Shown: positions 30,822 through 40,385 of the stretch, in pieces
Numbering within the stretch: the first letter of the stretch is position 1
How the letters are laid out: each line of letters opens with the position of its first letter
Assembly (NCBI GenBank): GCA_937902275.1
Contig: CALFNW010000013.1
Coordinates: 5,782 to 69,781 of the forward strand
DNA: 64,000 nt
Direction: 5' to 3'
From: an uncultured Clostridia bacterium
GTDB lineage: Bacteria; Bacillota; Clostridia; Oscillospirales; CAG-272
The notes under the pieces: generated by a model
Told to the model about the DNA's origin: nothing
Databases searched by the model: none
Seen by the model: only the letters and a program-made list of their open reading frames with translations
Position numbers and translations under genes: made by a program

Positions 30822-33209
30822 ATGAAACTTTCTTTAAAATGGGCTTCCGATTACGTTGACCTTTCGGACGTTACCGATCTCAAGGACTACTCCGAAAAGC
30901 TCACCTATATCGGTCAGAAGGTCGAAGGCTATGAAACACTCGGCGCCGACATTGAAAACGTGGTGGTCGGCAAAATTACGAAGATCGAAAAGCACCCGGA
31001 CTCGGATCATCTGCTCATCTGCACGCTTGACCTCGGCGACGAGACCCGCCAGATCGTAACCGGCGCGCAGAATGTCTTTGAAGGCGCGCTTGTGCCGGTC
31101 GCAAAAGCGCCGGCAAAGCTGCCGGGCGGCGTCGTGATCAAAGCGGGCAAGCTCCGCGGAGTGGAATCGAACGGTATGCTCTGTTCTATTGCCGAGCTCG
31201 GACTCACGCTGCATGAAGTGCCGTATGCGATCGAGGACGGCATACTTATAATCGAAGAAGACTGCAAGCCGGGTGATGACATACACGATGTATATATGCT
31301 CACCGACAATGTAGTTGACTTTGAGATCACCTCAAACCGCCCCGACTGCCTGTCGGTAATCGGACTCGCGCGTGAAACCGCAGTAAGCTACAACCGTGAG
31401 CTTAAGCTTCGCACGCCCCACGTAAACTTTACCCGTGGCGAGAAGGTCACCGAATATATCACGGTTGACATAAAGAATGATAAAAAGTGCCCGAGATATA
31501 CCGCGCGCGCCGTAAAAAACGTAAAGATCGCCCCCTCTCCGCTCTGGCTCAGAATGAGACTGCGCGCTTCGGGAGTGCGTCCGATCAACAACATCGTCGA
31601 TATCACAAACTACGTAATGCTTGAATACGGTCAGCCGATGCACGCTTTCGACTATTCCTGCCTTGAGGGCAGTCACATTACGGTAAGAGACGCCGAAGAC
31701 GGCGAACGCTTCGTTTCGCTTGACAATACCGAGCATACGCTTGACAGAAACACGCTTGTTATCGCCGATGACAAAAAGGCGGTAGCGCTTGCCGGCATAA
31801 TGGGCGGCCTCAACAGCGAGATAAAAAACGATACCAAAACGGTAATATTCGAGAGCGCAAACTTTGAAGGCAGTACGGTAAGGATCTCCGCAAAGGCGCA
31901 GGGCATGAGAACCGAAAGCTCCGCGCGCTTTGAAAAAGGACTTGACGCCGAAAATACGCTTGCCGCACTTGACCGCGCCTGCGAGCTTGTGGAAATGCTC
32001 GGCGCCGGCGAAGTCGTAGAGGGCACGATCGACGTATATCCGGGCAAGAAAGCGCCCATCGTCGTAAAGCTTGAAGCCGACAAGATCAACCGCTTCCTCG
32101 GACTTGACGTTGACGCCGACTATATGAAACGTGTGCTTACCGCGATCGGCTTTACGATCGACGGAGACAATATTATCGTTCCGAGCTTCAGAGTCGATAT
32201 CGGATGCATGAACGATATTGCCGAAGAAGTGTTGCGCATTTACGGCTACAATACCATAAAAGCTACAAACTTTAAAGCCGAGATCGCTCCGGGTCATCTC
32301 GGCGACAGATACAGATTTGAACTGCTCTGCCACGAAGTGCTTATCGCTTCCGGACTGCACGAGTGCGAGACCTTCTCGTTCATCAGCCCGAAGAATTACG
32401 ATAAGATCAGACTGCCTGAGAACAGTCCGCTCAGAAAATCGGTCGTTATCAAAAACCCGCTCGGCGAGGATACGAGCGTTATGAGAACGACCGCCGTTCC
32501 CTCAATGCTTGACGTGCTTGCCCACAACTGCAACTACCACGATTCGGGAGTTGCTATGTACGAAGTGGCAACTACGTACATTCCAAGTGAAGACCCGTCA
32601 AAACTTCCCGCCGAACCTAAGCGCATAGTAATAGGCACAATGCGTGACGGCGATTTCTTCGACCTTAAAGGCATGGTCGCCGCACTGCTTGAGCGCGCCG
32701 GGATTAAAGGCGAAAAATACACTGCCTGCACCGATGACCCGACATACCATCCCGGACGTTGCGCAGATGTAAGCGTCGGCGACAAATATATCGGCCGCTT
32801 CGGCGAGATCCATCCCGATGTACTTGACACATACGGAATTGACTCGCCTGCATACATCGCCGATCTCTCGCTTGACTCGCTGTTTGAGCTTGCACACACC
32901 GATAAGGAATATCATCCGCTTCCCAAATATCCGGCGGCAGTGCGCGATCTTGCCTTTGTGTGCGACGATGAGCTTGAAGTCGGAACTATCGAGGAGGTGA
33001 TCGCCAAGGCGGATCGCAAGACCATCGAAAGCGTTACGCTGTTTGACGTCTACCGCGGTCCTCAGGTAGGCGAAGGCAAAAAGAGCGTTGCTTTCAATAT
33101 AACGATGCGCAGTGCCGACCATACGCTGACAGTCGAGGAAGCCGACAAGACCCTGAAAAAGGTGCTGACTTTGCTTGAGCGCGAACTCGGTCTGACTCTC
33201 AGAAAGTAA
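30822..33209 (+). CDS. pheT: Phenylalanine--tRNA ligase beta subunit
   Basis: 795 aa with an N-terminal tRNA-binding (EMAP-like) domain, B3/4 and B5 domains, and a C-terminal FDX-ACB domain. It follows pheS. Confidence 0.95.
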   Translation: MKLSLKWASDYVDLSDVTDLKDYSEKLTYIGQKVEGYETLGADIENVVVGKITKIEKHPDSDHLLICTLDLGDETRQIVTGAQNVFEGALVPVAKAPAKLPGGVVIKAGKLRGVESNGMLCSIAELGLTLHEVPYAIEDGILIIEEDCKPGDDIHDVYMLTDNVVDFEITSNRPDCLSVIGLARETAVSYNRELKLRTPHVNFTRGEKVTEYITVDIKNDKKCPRYTARAVKNVKIAPSPLWLRMRLRASGVRPINNIVDITNYVMLEYGQPMHAFDYSCLEGSHITVRDAEDGERFVSLDNTEHTLDRNTLVIADDKKAVALAGIMGGLNSEIKNDTKTVIFESANFEGSTVRISAKAQGMRTESSARFEKGLDAENTLAALDRACELVEMLGAGEVVEGTIDVYPGKKAPIVVKLEADKINRFLGLDVDADYMKRVLTAIGFTIDGDNIIVPSFRVDIGCMNDIAEEVLRIYGYNTIKATNFKAEIAPGHLGDRYRFELLCHEVLIASGLHECETFSFISPKNYDKIRLPENSPLRKSVVIKNPLGEDTSVMRTTAVPSMLDVLAHNCNYHDSGVAMYEVATTYIPSEDPSKLPAEPKRIVIGTMRDGDFFDLKGMVAALLERAGIKGEKYTACTDDPTYHPGRCADVSVGDKYIGRFGEIHPDVLDTYGIDSPAYIADLSLDSLFELAHTDKEYHPLPKYPAAVRDLAFVCDDELEVGTIEEVIAKADRKTIESVTLFDVYRGPQVGEGKKSVAFNITMRSADHTLTVEEADKTLKKVLTLLERELGLTLRK

Positions 33210-33262
33210 AAGACGGTAGCTCAAAGCATCCCGCGAAATACGACCTTATAAAAAGTATATAG

Positions 33263-33308
33263 CAAATCGCCGCAAGCATCAGCACACTTGCGGCGATTTC
33301 TTTGTTTT
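33263..33308 (+). terminator. Intrinsic terminator after pheT
   Basis: AAATCGCCGCAAG pairs with CTTGCGGCGATTT, followed by CTTTGTTTT. Confidence 0.7.
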
Positions 33309-33385
33309 CATTCAACTCTTCAAATATTGAATCCTTCCCCTTTACAGCGAAAACCGTCACGCTATCACAGCGTGACGGTTTTCTT

Positions 33386-35632
33386 TTAAGCCTCAAAGGT
33401 TTTCGGTGCCTTTGCATGAGTATAGTAAAATTTATTTTCGCCGAACGCGCCCGACTCGTACATTTCACCGAGCGTAGCTTCGTCATAATAGTATACCGCG
33501 AGTCCGCCCTTGCCTATTGCGTACTCGGTTCCGAGTAAAGCCAGCGGACTGCCGAGATCCTTGATGATCGTATTGTTGCGCCAATTAAATCCCATGCCGT
33601 TGCCGGTGTGGGTCGGCACTGCCTTTTGCAGATACTTTCTGATATACCACATGGCGTTGTCTTCTATATACGCGTTTTCATATACCGCGTTTGTCTGACC
33701 TCCGCCGTAAAACATATTATAATCGGTCTTCTGATGATTATAACCGCCGATGATGCCGTAGCCCGACTTGCGACAAAGATTATCGTAAAGCCTGATATTT
33801 GAAAGCACCGCAAAGCGCGAGCGGTCGCATTGTGCAGTCGTGCACCATACTTCAAGCGGAGAGTTGCATTTTTCTATCGCATTACCGTATATTTCAATAT
33901 CATTTTCAAGAATTGACCGACCCTCGGAAAGACCGCCCTGCCACTGCACGGTAGGTCCGCAGTCAAAACATTCGTAAACATAGTTGTTATAGACACGATA
34001 GTGCTCACAACCGCCGAATATTTCGATCGCATTGCCGTAACGGGTATTTTTGCTTTCCGGGTAATGCTGAAGCGAGCCGCCGATAAAACCGACCTCACAG
34101 TTTCGCACCGTCAGATTCTCGCAAGTTCCCGCGCCGATACCGTGGCTGCCGGTAAAACGCAGACAAAGATTGTCTATGGTAACGCCGCTTTTTGCGTTAA
34201 CTGCGTTTCCGTGAGTCGAAAGTTCAATCGAGCTAAACCGCTCACCCGGATTTCCGTGCAGTGAATACAGATAAAGGGTCTCGTCTTCGTAATTGTGAAC
34301 GTATTCAAGATCATGGGAAAGCACCTCGGGACCCTTCATAGGCTCAGACTCACGATACCAATACTCAATACCGTTTGACGTGTAGCCGTTGTCACCCGCA
34401 CGGTTCACCGCATCATTTCCGAATTCCTTCAGTACCCTCGCGCCAAACGCTGCGCCTTCATCGAACACAATATTTCCGACATCGTTACGATATGGAATCT
34501 TCTCGCAGAAACGGTAAAGTCCGGGTTTGCCGCACTCAATCCATTTGTCTTTACCCGAAGCATCTATCGAACCGCGAATCTCGGGCTTCTTGCCCTCGCC
34601 CCACGCGCTGTAGGTTACTCCGACTGTCGTAGTCAACTGCTCATGCCATACATCACCGCGCTTAAACAACACTACATCACCGACTCCGAGCGCAAGCGCA
34701 TCAAGCGAAGCAATCGTTTTTTTCGGATGCGATGCGTCAAGTCCGCTGTTTAAGTCATCTCCGCTCTGCGAAAGGTAGATCGCCCGGCAACCCTCACCGC
34801 AGGTCCATTCGCTCTCGGTTGCGCGTATTTTTTCAACACGCGCGTCAAACTTCGCGTCAAGCTCGGCGATCAGCCCATCGGGCGCAGGTTCAAGATATTT
34901 GTCAAGCGGCGCCCGGCGCTCGCTTACGGGTGCAATTCCCTTTTCGGTATCAAGTATCTTCTGCACGGTCGCTTCGGACAGCTGACCTTTATACATTGCG
35001 AGCAGATCAATATTCAATTTTTCGCGCTTGTACCAGCCGCTTATCCTGCCTTTCGCAAGCTCAGCATCGCAATAAGCCTTTGCCGCTTCAATCGAATCAA
35101 AATACGCAAATTCACGATAAAATATCTCGTCTCCCGCACGGAAGCTTGCCTCGGTACCGATAATCCCGAAAAAGGGATATACCGAAGAATTTGACGGCTT
35201 GTTGGTTGCACTTGAACGGAAGCAGGCGTCGCCCGCATCGCACGGAACTATCAGCGAATACCACTTGTCCGAGGACGGCATCAGTTCGCATATATACTCA
35301 CAGCGACCGGTTCTGAGACACATTGCGGTATGCGCGCTCGGATTCTTGTACGTGAGCACTGTCACCCGCGTTTTTTTCAGAAGTTCAACATATTTTATAC
35401 GGTTTTCCGCCGCCTCACCCTCCTCATCACGGTTGTCGGCGGTAAAGCCCTGGTCATTCTGCATTGAGGTGAGCGATGTAAGCTTAAGCGCACACTCGTA
35501 GGAATCAAACTCCGGCTTAAAGCTGTGTGAATTGATCGGATAGCTGTCGCAGGCTTTCTTTGAATCGAATACAAGCTTACCGAGCGGCACAGCACTGCCG
35601 ATTGTGCTCGGAGTCGTCACAAGATTTATCAT
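33386..35632 (-). CDS. Right-handed parallel beta-helix repeat protein with a large N-terminal domain of unknown function
   Basis: The C-terminal half shows periodic beta-helix turns (G..I.N...R..G..GIG.....N.TV.NC.V..IGG...; GNAIEI.GG......NN.V). No signal peptide or transmembrane segment is visible at the N-terminus. Starts are possible at the ATG at 35632 (SD GAGGAA) or the in-frame ATG at 35644. Confidence 0.6.
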   Translation of the reverse strand: MINLVTTPSTIGSAVPLGKLVFDSKKACDSYPINSHSFKPEFDSYECALKLTSLTSMQNDQGFTADNRDEEGEAAENRIKYVELLKKTRVTVLTYKNPSAHTAMCLRTGRCEYICELMPSSDKWYSLIVPCDAGDACFRSSATNKPSNSSVYPFFGIIGTEASFRAGDEIFYREFAYFDSIEAAKAYCDAELAKGRISGWYKREKLNIDLLAMYKGQLSEATVQKILDTEKGIAPVSERRAPLDKYLEPAPDGLIAELDAKFDARVEKIRATESEWTCGEGCRAIYLSQSGDDLNSGLDASHPKKTIASLDALALGVGDVVLFKRGDVWHEQLTTTVGVTYSAWGEGKKPEIRGSIDASGKDKWIECGKPGLYRFCEKIPYRNDVGNIVFDEGAAFGARVLKEFGNDAVNRAGDNGYTSNGIEYWYRESEPMKGPEVLSHDLEYVHNYEDETLYLYSLHGNPGERFSSIELSTHGNAVNAKSGVTIDNLCLRFTGSHGIGAGTCENLTVRNCEVGFIGGSLQHYPESKNTRYGNAIEIFGGCEHYRVYNNYVYECFDCGPTVQWQGGLSEGRSILENDIEIYGNAIEKCNSPLEVWCTTAQCDRSRFAVLSNIRLYDNLCRKSGYGIIGGYNHQKTDYNMFYGGGQTNAVYENAYIEDNAMWYIRKYLQKAVPTHTGNGMGFNWRNNTIIKDLGSPLALLGTEYAIGKGGLAVYYYDEATLGEMYESGAFGENKFYYTHAKAPKTFEA

Positions 35633-35819
35633 AATATTCCTCATGCCGCCGAAGGCGGCGCATTATATTTGCCGACCTTTGGTCGGACACAAACCGGCGC
35701 GCGCCGTCAAGACCGTCACGCCGCACTTTTGGTTAATTATAGCACAGTGCAAAACTTAAAGTAAAGCGCATTTTTTCAAATATCGTATGCAAAAATTAAC
35801 TTTTTTGTGCAAAAAAGAA

Positions 35820-35850
35820 AAAGCGGAGATCTGCAGATCTCCGCTTTTAA
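35820..35850 (-). terminator. Intrinsic terminator after the MsmK-like gene
   Basis: The palindrome AAAAGCGGAGATCTGCAGATCTCCGCTTTT lies downstream of the minus-strand stop at 35878. Confidence 0.75.
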
Positions 35851-35877
35851 ACAAATCATCCAATCAACCGAATTAGA

Positions 35878-36993
35878 TCAGTGAACTATGCAACGCTCGG
35901 TGTCTTTATCGAAAATGTGAATTCTCGAAACATCAAGCGCAACCTTGATATGGTCGCCTGCTTTGGTGGTCGAACGGGCAGATACACGTGCAACCAGATT
36001 GATGTCCTCGCCGCCCTTGAGGTAGAGATAGATCTCTGCACCCATAAGCTCGGTAACGTCGACATCGGTTTCGATAACGCTCTCGGAAAGGCTCGAAAGA
36101 TACATGGGCTCGTCGTGAATACACTCGGGACGGATACCGGCAACCACTTCCTTGCCGATATATTCCTTGAGCGCCGGGTTCTGAGCCTTCTCGCTCGGAA
36201 GCTTTATTGCATTGTCGCCGAAGGTAAGGAATACATCGCTTCCCTTAGCTTCAAGCTTGCAGTTGATGAAGTTCATCTGAGGCGTGCCGATAAAGCCTGC
36301 GACGAAAATGTTGCAGGGCAGATCGTACAGACGCTGAGGAGTATCGACCTGTTGGATAAGTCCGTCCTTCATAACGACGATACGCGAAGCCATGGTCATA
36401 GCCTCGACCTGGTCGTGCGTAACGTAGATAAATGTTGTACCGAGGCTCTTATGTATCTTGGTAAGCTCGGTTCTCATGGCTGCACGCAGCTTAGCGTCGA
36501 GGTTTGAAAGCGGTTCGTCAAGCAGGAATACCTTAGGGTTACGGACGATAGCACGTCCGAGCGCAACTCTCTGCTTCTGACCGCCGGACAAAGCCTTCGG
36601 CTTTCTGTCAAGCAGGTGGGTAATATCAAGTATACGTGCGGCTTCTTCAACGCGGCGCTTGATCTCTTCCTTAGGAGTCTTGCGGAGCTTAAGGCCGAAT
36701 GCCATGTTATCGAATACGCTCATGTGCGGATAAAGCGCGTAGTTCTGGAACACCATTGCGATGTCTCTGTCCTTAGGCGCAACGTCGTTAACGAGTTTGT
36801 CGCCGATGAAAAGCTCACCCTCGGTGATCTCTTCAAGTCCTGCGATCATACGCAGTGTGGTGGACTTACCGCATCCGGAAGGTCCGACGAAAATGATGAA
36901 CTCCTTGTCCTTGATATCAAGGCAGAAGTCGGAAACGGCGGTAACTCCGCCCGGGTATTTCTTATAAATATGCTTAAGGGAAAGGCTTGCCAT
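35878..36993 (-). CDS. Sugar ABC transporter ATP-binding protein (MsmK/UgpC/MalK type), no adjacent permease genes
   Basis: GPSGCGKST, LSGGQKQR, LLDEPLSNLDA and a C-terminal MalK-like regulatory (TOBE) domain. Confidence 0.9.
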   Translation of the reverse strand: MASLSLKHIYKKYPGGVTAVSDFCLDIKDKEFIIFVGPSGCGKSTTLRMIAGLEEITEGELFIGDKLVNDVAPKDRDIAMVFQNYALYPHMSVFDNMAFGLKLRKTPKEEIKRRVEEAARILDITHLLDRKPKALSGGQKQRVALGRAIVRNPKVFLLDEPLSNLDAKLRAAMRTELTKIHKSLGTTFIYVTHDQVEAMTMASRIVVMKDGLIQQVDTPQRLYDLPCNIFVAGFIGTPQMNFINCKLEAKGSDVFLTFGDNAIKLPSEKAQNPALKEYIGKEVVAGIRPECIHDEPMYLSSLSESVIETDVDVTELMGAEIYLYLKGGEDINLVARVSARSTTKAGDHIKVALDVSRIHIFDKDTERCIVH

Positions 36994-37231
36994 GTTATGT
37001 ATCCTCTCTCCGGCGCTGCCGGTTCAAATAATTGACTTTCGCTCGGTGATATCTCACACCGCTACGAGTAATATTGTATCAGATTTCCACGCAGATTGGA
37101 AGTGGCATTTTCCCGAATTTGCGCCCGAGTTTTTGTGTAATTTGACGGATAATCCGCTTGATTTCGGCTTTATGCAAAAAATGCTGCAAATTTCACTCTA
37201 ATTTATTAGATTTTTTGAATCAGACACCGTC

Positions 37232-39385
37232 TCACTTATTTTTCATGGTAAGTGCGATGCGCTTTTTTATCGGGTCAACGCTCTTGACCGTGACGTTTAC
37301 AATATCGCCGACCGAAAGCACCTGCGACGGGTGCTTTATATAATGATCCGAGATCTCCGATATGTGCACAAGTCCGTCCTGATGCACGCCGATGTCCACA
37401 AATGCGCCGAAGTCAATAACATTTCGCACCGTGCCCGTGAATTTCATTCCCGGCTTCAGGTCGGCAATGTCCATAACATCATCGCGCAGAATCGGCGCGG
37501 GAAGCGAATCGCGCACATCTCTGCCCGGTTTTTCAAGCTCGCCGATAATGTCTTCAAGCGTCGGCACGCCGATCCCGAGTTTTTCGGCAACCACGGTAAG
37601 TCCCTGCGACTCGACCTTTGCACGCAATGCCGAAAGCCCGGATTCTCTTACGTCGCGCTCGGTGTAACCGAACATTTCAAGCAATGACTTAGCGGCTGAA
37701 TAGGACTCGGGATGTACGCCCGTGTTGTCGAAGATCTCCTTGGATTCGGGAACGCGCAGAAAGCCCGCGCACTGTTCGAACGCCTTGTCGCCGATCCTCG
37801 GCACTTTTTTGAGCTCGCGGCGATTTTTGAACTCTCCGTTTTCTTCACGGTACTTTACTATATTCTTCGCGCTTGCGGCGTTTATGCCCGAAATATGCTC
37901 AAGCAGTGAATGTGACGCAGTGTTTATGTCCACACCGACGCTGTTTACGCAATCCTCGACCACGCCGGCAAGCGATTCGTCAAGCCGCGCGCTTTTCATA
38001 TCATGCTGATATTGCCCTACGCCGATCGACTTCGGATCGATCTTGACAAGCTCGGCAAGCGGATCCTGCAGGCGGCGTGCTATTGATACCGCGCTGCGTT
38101 GCGTGACGTCGAAATCGGGAAACTCCTCCGAAGCCAGCTTTGACGCCGAGTACACGGAAGCGCCCGCCTCGCTGACCATCGCGTAACGAACATCGGAATC
38201 AAGTTCCTTTAACACTCCCGCAACAAATATCTCGCTCTCCTTTGAAGCCGTTCCGTTTCCGATCGCTATAAGCTCTACGCCGTAAGTTCCGATGAGCCGC
38301 TTGACGATCCTTGCGGATTCTTCGATCCGCTCCTGAGGCTTGGTCGGATATATCACCGCCGTGTCAAGCACCTTTCCGGTCTTATCGACCACGGCAAGCT
38401 TACAGCCGGTACGGTATCCGGGGTCAAGTCCGAGCACAGTCCTGCCTTTGATCGGAGGCTGCATTAGCAAATGCTTGAGATTGTCGGAAAACAGCTTTAT
38501 CGCGCCTTCGCTTGCTTTGTCAAACAGCATTGACCGCACCTCGTTTTCGACCGAGGGCTTAATAAGCCGCTGATATCCGTCAATGACCGCCTCGCGCACA
38601 TATTTTGCCGCCGGGCTGTCGGTGGCGGTTATCACATTATACATCAGATAGTTTAAAGCAACTTCCTCGGAAAGCACGGCATCCACCTTAAGGAAGCCCT
38701 CCTTTTCGCCGCGGTTGAGCGCAAGGATACGGTGATCGGCAATGCTTTTGATGCCTTCGCTGTAATCATAGTACATCGAATACACCGAGTCCTCATCCTT
38801 TGCCGCTTTTGAAGAGATCACGCCGAAATCAAAAAACATTTCGCGCAGATCGCGCCTGTAGTCGGCGTTGTCCGAAACCGTCTCGGCAATAATGTCTCTC
38901 GCGCCTGCAAGCGCGGCGGTCTCATCCTCCACGCCTTTTTCAGGATCAACAAAGCCCTCGGCAAGCGTTTCGATCGACGGCTCGTAATGCTCTCTCTGCT
39001 CAAGCAGGAGCACCGCAAGCGGTTCAAGTCCGCGCTCCTTTGCTATGCTCGCGCGCGTGCGCCGCTTCTGCTTGAACGGACGGTATATGTCCTCTACCTC
39101 TGCAAGGATCTGTGCCCCTTCAAGTGCCGACGCGATCTCATCGGTCATTTTGCCCTGCTCGGTAATCGAAGCGGCAACCTCCGCTTTACGCGCTTCAAGG
39201 TTGCGCAAATACGTCAGTCTGTCAAACAGTTCGCGCAAAGTCACATCATCCATTGAACCCGTGACCTCTTTGCGGTATCTGGCGATAAACGGTATGGTAT
39301 TGCCGTCGTCTATCAGCTCGATCGTTTTTTCAAGTCTCGATATCGGAAGTCCAAGCTCCTCAGACAGCTTATTTATAATATTCAT
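37232..39385 (-). CDS. tex: Tex-like RNA-binding transcription accessory protein
   Basis: The N-terminal Tex domain (TIPFIARYRKE.TG), YqgF-like and HhH regions, and a C-terminal S1 domain (G.V..V..FGAFVDIG...DGL.HIS) are present. Starts are possible at the ATG at 39385 (SD GAGGAA) or the in-frame ATG at 39397. Confidence 0.9.
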   Translation of the reverse strand: MNIINKLSEELGLPISRLEKTIELIDDGNTIPFIARYRKEVTGSMDDVTLRELFDRLTYLRNLEARKAEVAASITEQGKMTDEIASALEGAQILAEVEDIYRPFKQKRRTRASIAKERGLEPLAVLLLEQREHYEPSIETLAEGFVDPEKGVEDETAALAGARDIIAETVSDNADYRRDLREMFFDFGVISSKAAKDEDSVYSMYYDYSEGIKSIADHRILALNRGEKEGFLKVDAVLSEEVALNYLMYNVITATDSPAAKYVREAVIDGYQRLIKPSVENEVRSMLFDKASEGAIKLFSDNLKHLLMQPPIKGRTVLGLDPGYRTGCKLAVVDKTGKVLDTAVIYPTKPQERIEESARIVKRLIGTYGVELIAIGNGTASKESEIFVAGVLKELDSDVRYAMVSEAGASVYSASKLASEEFPDFDVTQRSAVSIARRLQDPLAELVKIDPKSIGVGQYQHDMKSARLDESLAGVVEDCVNSVGVDINTASHSLLEHISGINAASAKNIVKYREENGEFKNRRELKKVPRIGDKAFEQCAGFLRVPESKEIFDNTGVHPESYSAAKSLLEMFGYTERDVRESGLSALRAKVESQGLTVVAEKLGIGVPTLEDIIGELEKPGRDVRDSLPAPILRDDVMDIADLKPGMKFTGTVRNVIDFGAFVDIGVHQDGLVHISEISDHYIKHPSQVLSVGDIVNVTVKSVDPIKKRIALTMKNK

Positions 39386-39438
39386 TATGTTCCTCATGCC
39401 GGCGTTGCCGGCTCGTGTGCCAATATGTTTACCCGCAT

Positions 39439-40161
39439 TTATATTCGTCGGAAAGCCGTCAATGACCGCAGCTTTGAAACTTCACTCTCGGTCAGTTCGC
39501 GGTATTCCCCTCGTCCGAGCGCACGATCAAGCGTCAGGCTACCGAAAGATATGCGCTCAAGCGAGGTGATCTTGTTGCCGAGCGCGCCGAACATACGCTT
39601 TATCTGATGATATTTTCCCTCGGTCAGCGTGATCTCGCCGCTTTGTCGGTCGTCTCCGACCTTAAGCCTTGATTTTTTCGTTTTATATCCGTCCGCAAGC
39701 TCGATTCCGTCCTCAAGCCTTGATACGTCCGCTTCAGTCAGCGGATCCGCGCACCCGAAGCGGTATATCTTGTCCACATGACGTTTAGGCGACAGAAGCA
39801 AATGCGCAAGCTCGCCGTCGTTCGTGAGCAACATAAGACCCACGGTGTCGCGGTCAAGTCTGCCGCACGGGAAAAGTCCGAGCTTTGAATACTCGTCGCC
39901 GAGCAGCTCGGTCACACATCTGTCTCCCGGCGCTTCGGTCGCGCTGACGTATCCGCTTGGCTTGTTAAGCATTATGTAAACGAACCTGCGGTATACGATC
40001 CGCTCGCCGCGCAGGGTCAGCTCATCGCGCTCCGGATCAATATGAACGTCGCTTTTTGTGATTATTTTGCCGTTGACGGCGATCTCTCCGCGCCGCGCCG
40101 CCTTTGCCGCTTCGCTCCGCGTCGATCTTCCGCATTCGCTAAGGAATTTATCAATTCTCAT
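39439..40161 (-). CDS. Pseudouridine synthase, RsuA/RluB family
   Basis: An N-terminal S4 domain (MRIDKFL.......R.EA......G.I.VNG) and the catalytic GRLD.DT.GL motif. Confidence 0.9.
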   Translation of the reverse strand: MRIDKFLSECGRSTRSEAAKAARRGEIAVNGKIITKSDVHIDPERDELTLRGERIVYRRFVYIMLNKPSGYVSATEAPGDRCVTELLGDEYSKLGLFPCGRLDRDTVGLMLLTNDGELAHLLLSPKRHVDKIYRFGCADPLTEADVSRLEDGIELADGYKTKKSRLKVGDDRQSGEITLTEGKYHQIKRMFGALGNKITSLERISFGSLTLDRALGRGEYRELTESEVSKLRSLTAFRRI

Positions 40162-40199
40162 TTTTCATACCGTAACTTACAATCCGAACAAACGCCGTT

Positions 40200-40334
40200 T
40201 CAGAATCTTACCACGTTAACTATGATTATCCCGGCAATCAGTGCTCCGAGCACGAATACCGCAAGCGAAATATAAAATGCGCCCAAAAAGTCGCTCTTTG
40301 CATATTTCGACGGTTTCCTATCTTCTTTATTCAT
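40200..40334 (-). CDS. Possible 44-aa single-pass membrane peptide
   Basis: ATG at 40334 to TGA at 40200: MNKEDRKPSKYAKSDFLGAFYISLAVFVLGALIAGIIIVNVVRF, a charged N-terminus plus one hydrophobic helix. The SD is weak. It falls below the length cut-off of the supplied ORF track. Confidence 0.3.
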   Translation of the reverse strand: MNKEDRKPSKYAKSDFLGAFYISLAVFVLGALIAGIIIVNVVRF

Positions 40335-40385
40335 TATCCGACCTGCCGCATCGTTTTTTACAAGTATGCGCAAAATCCGCGGATT

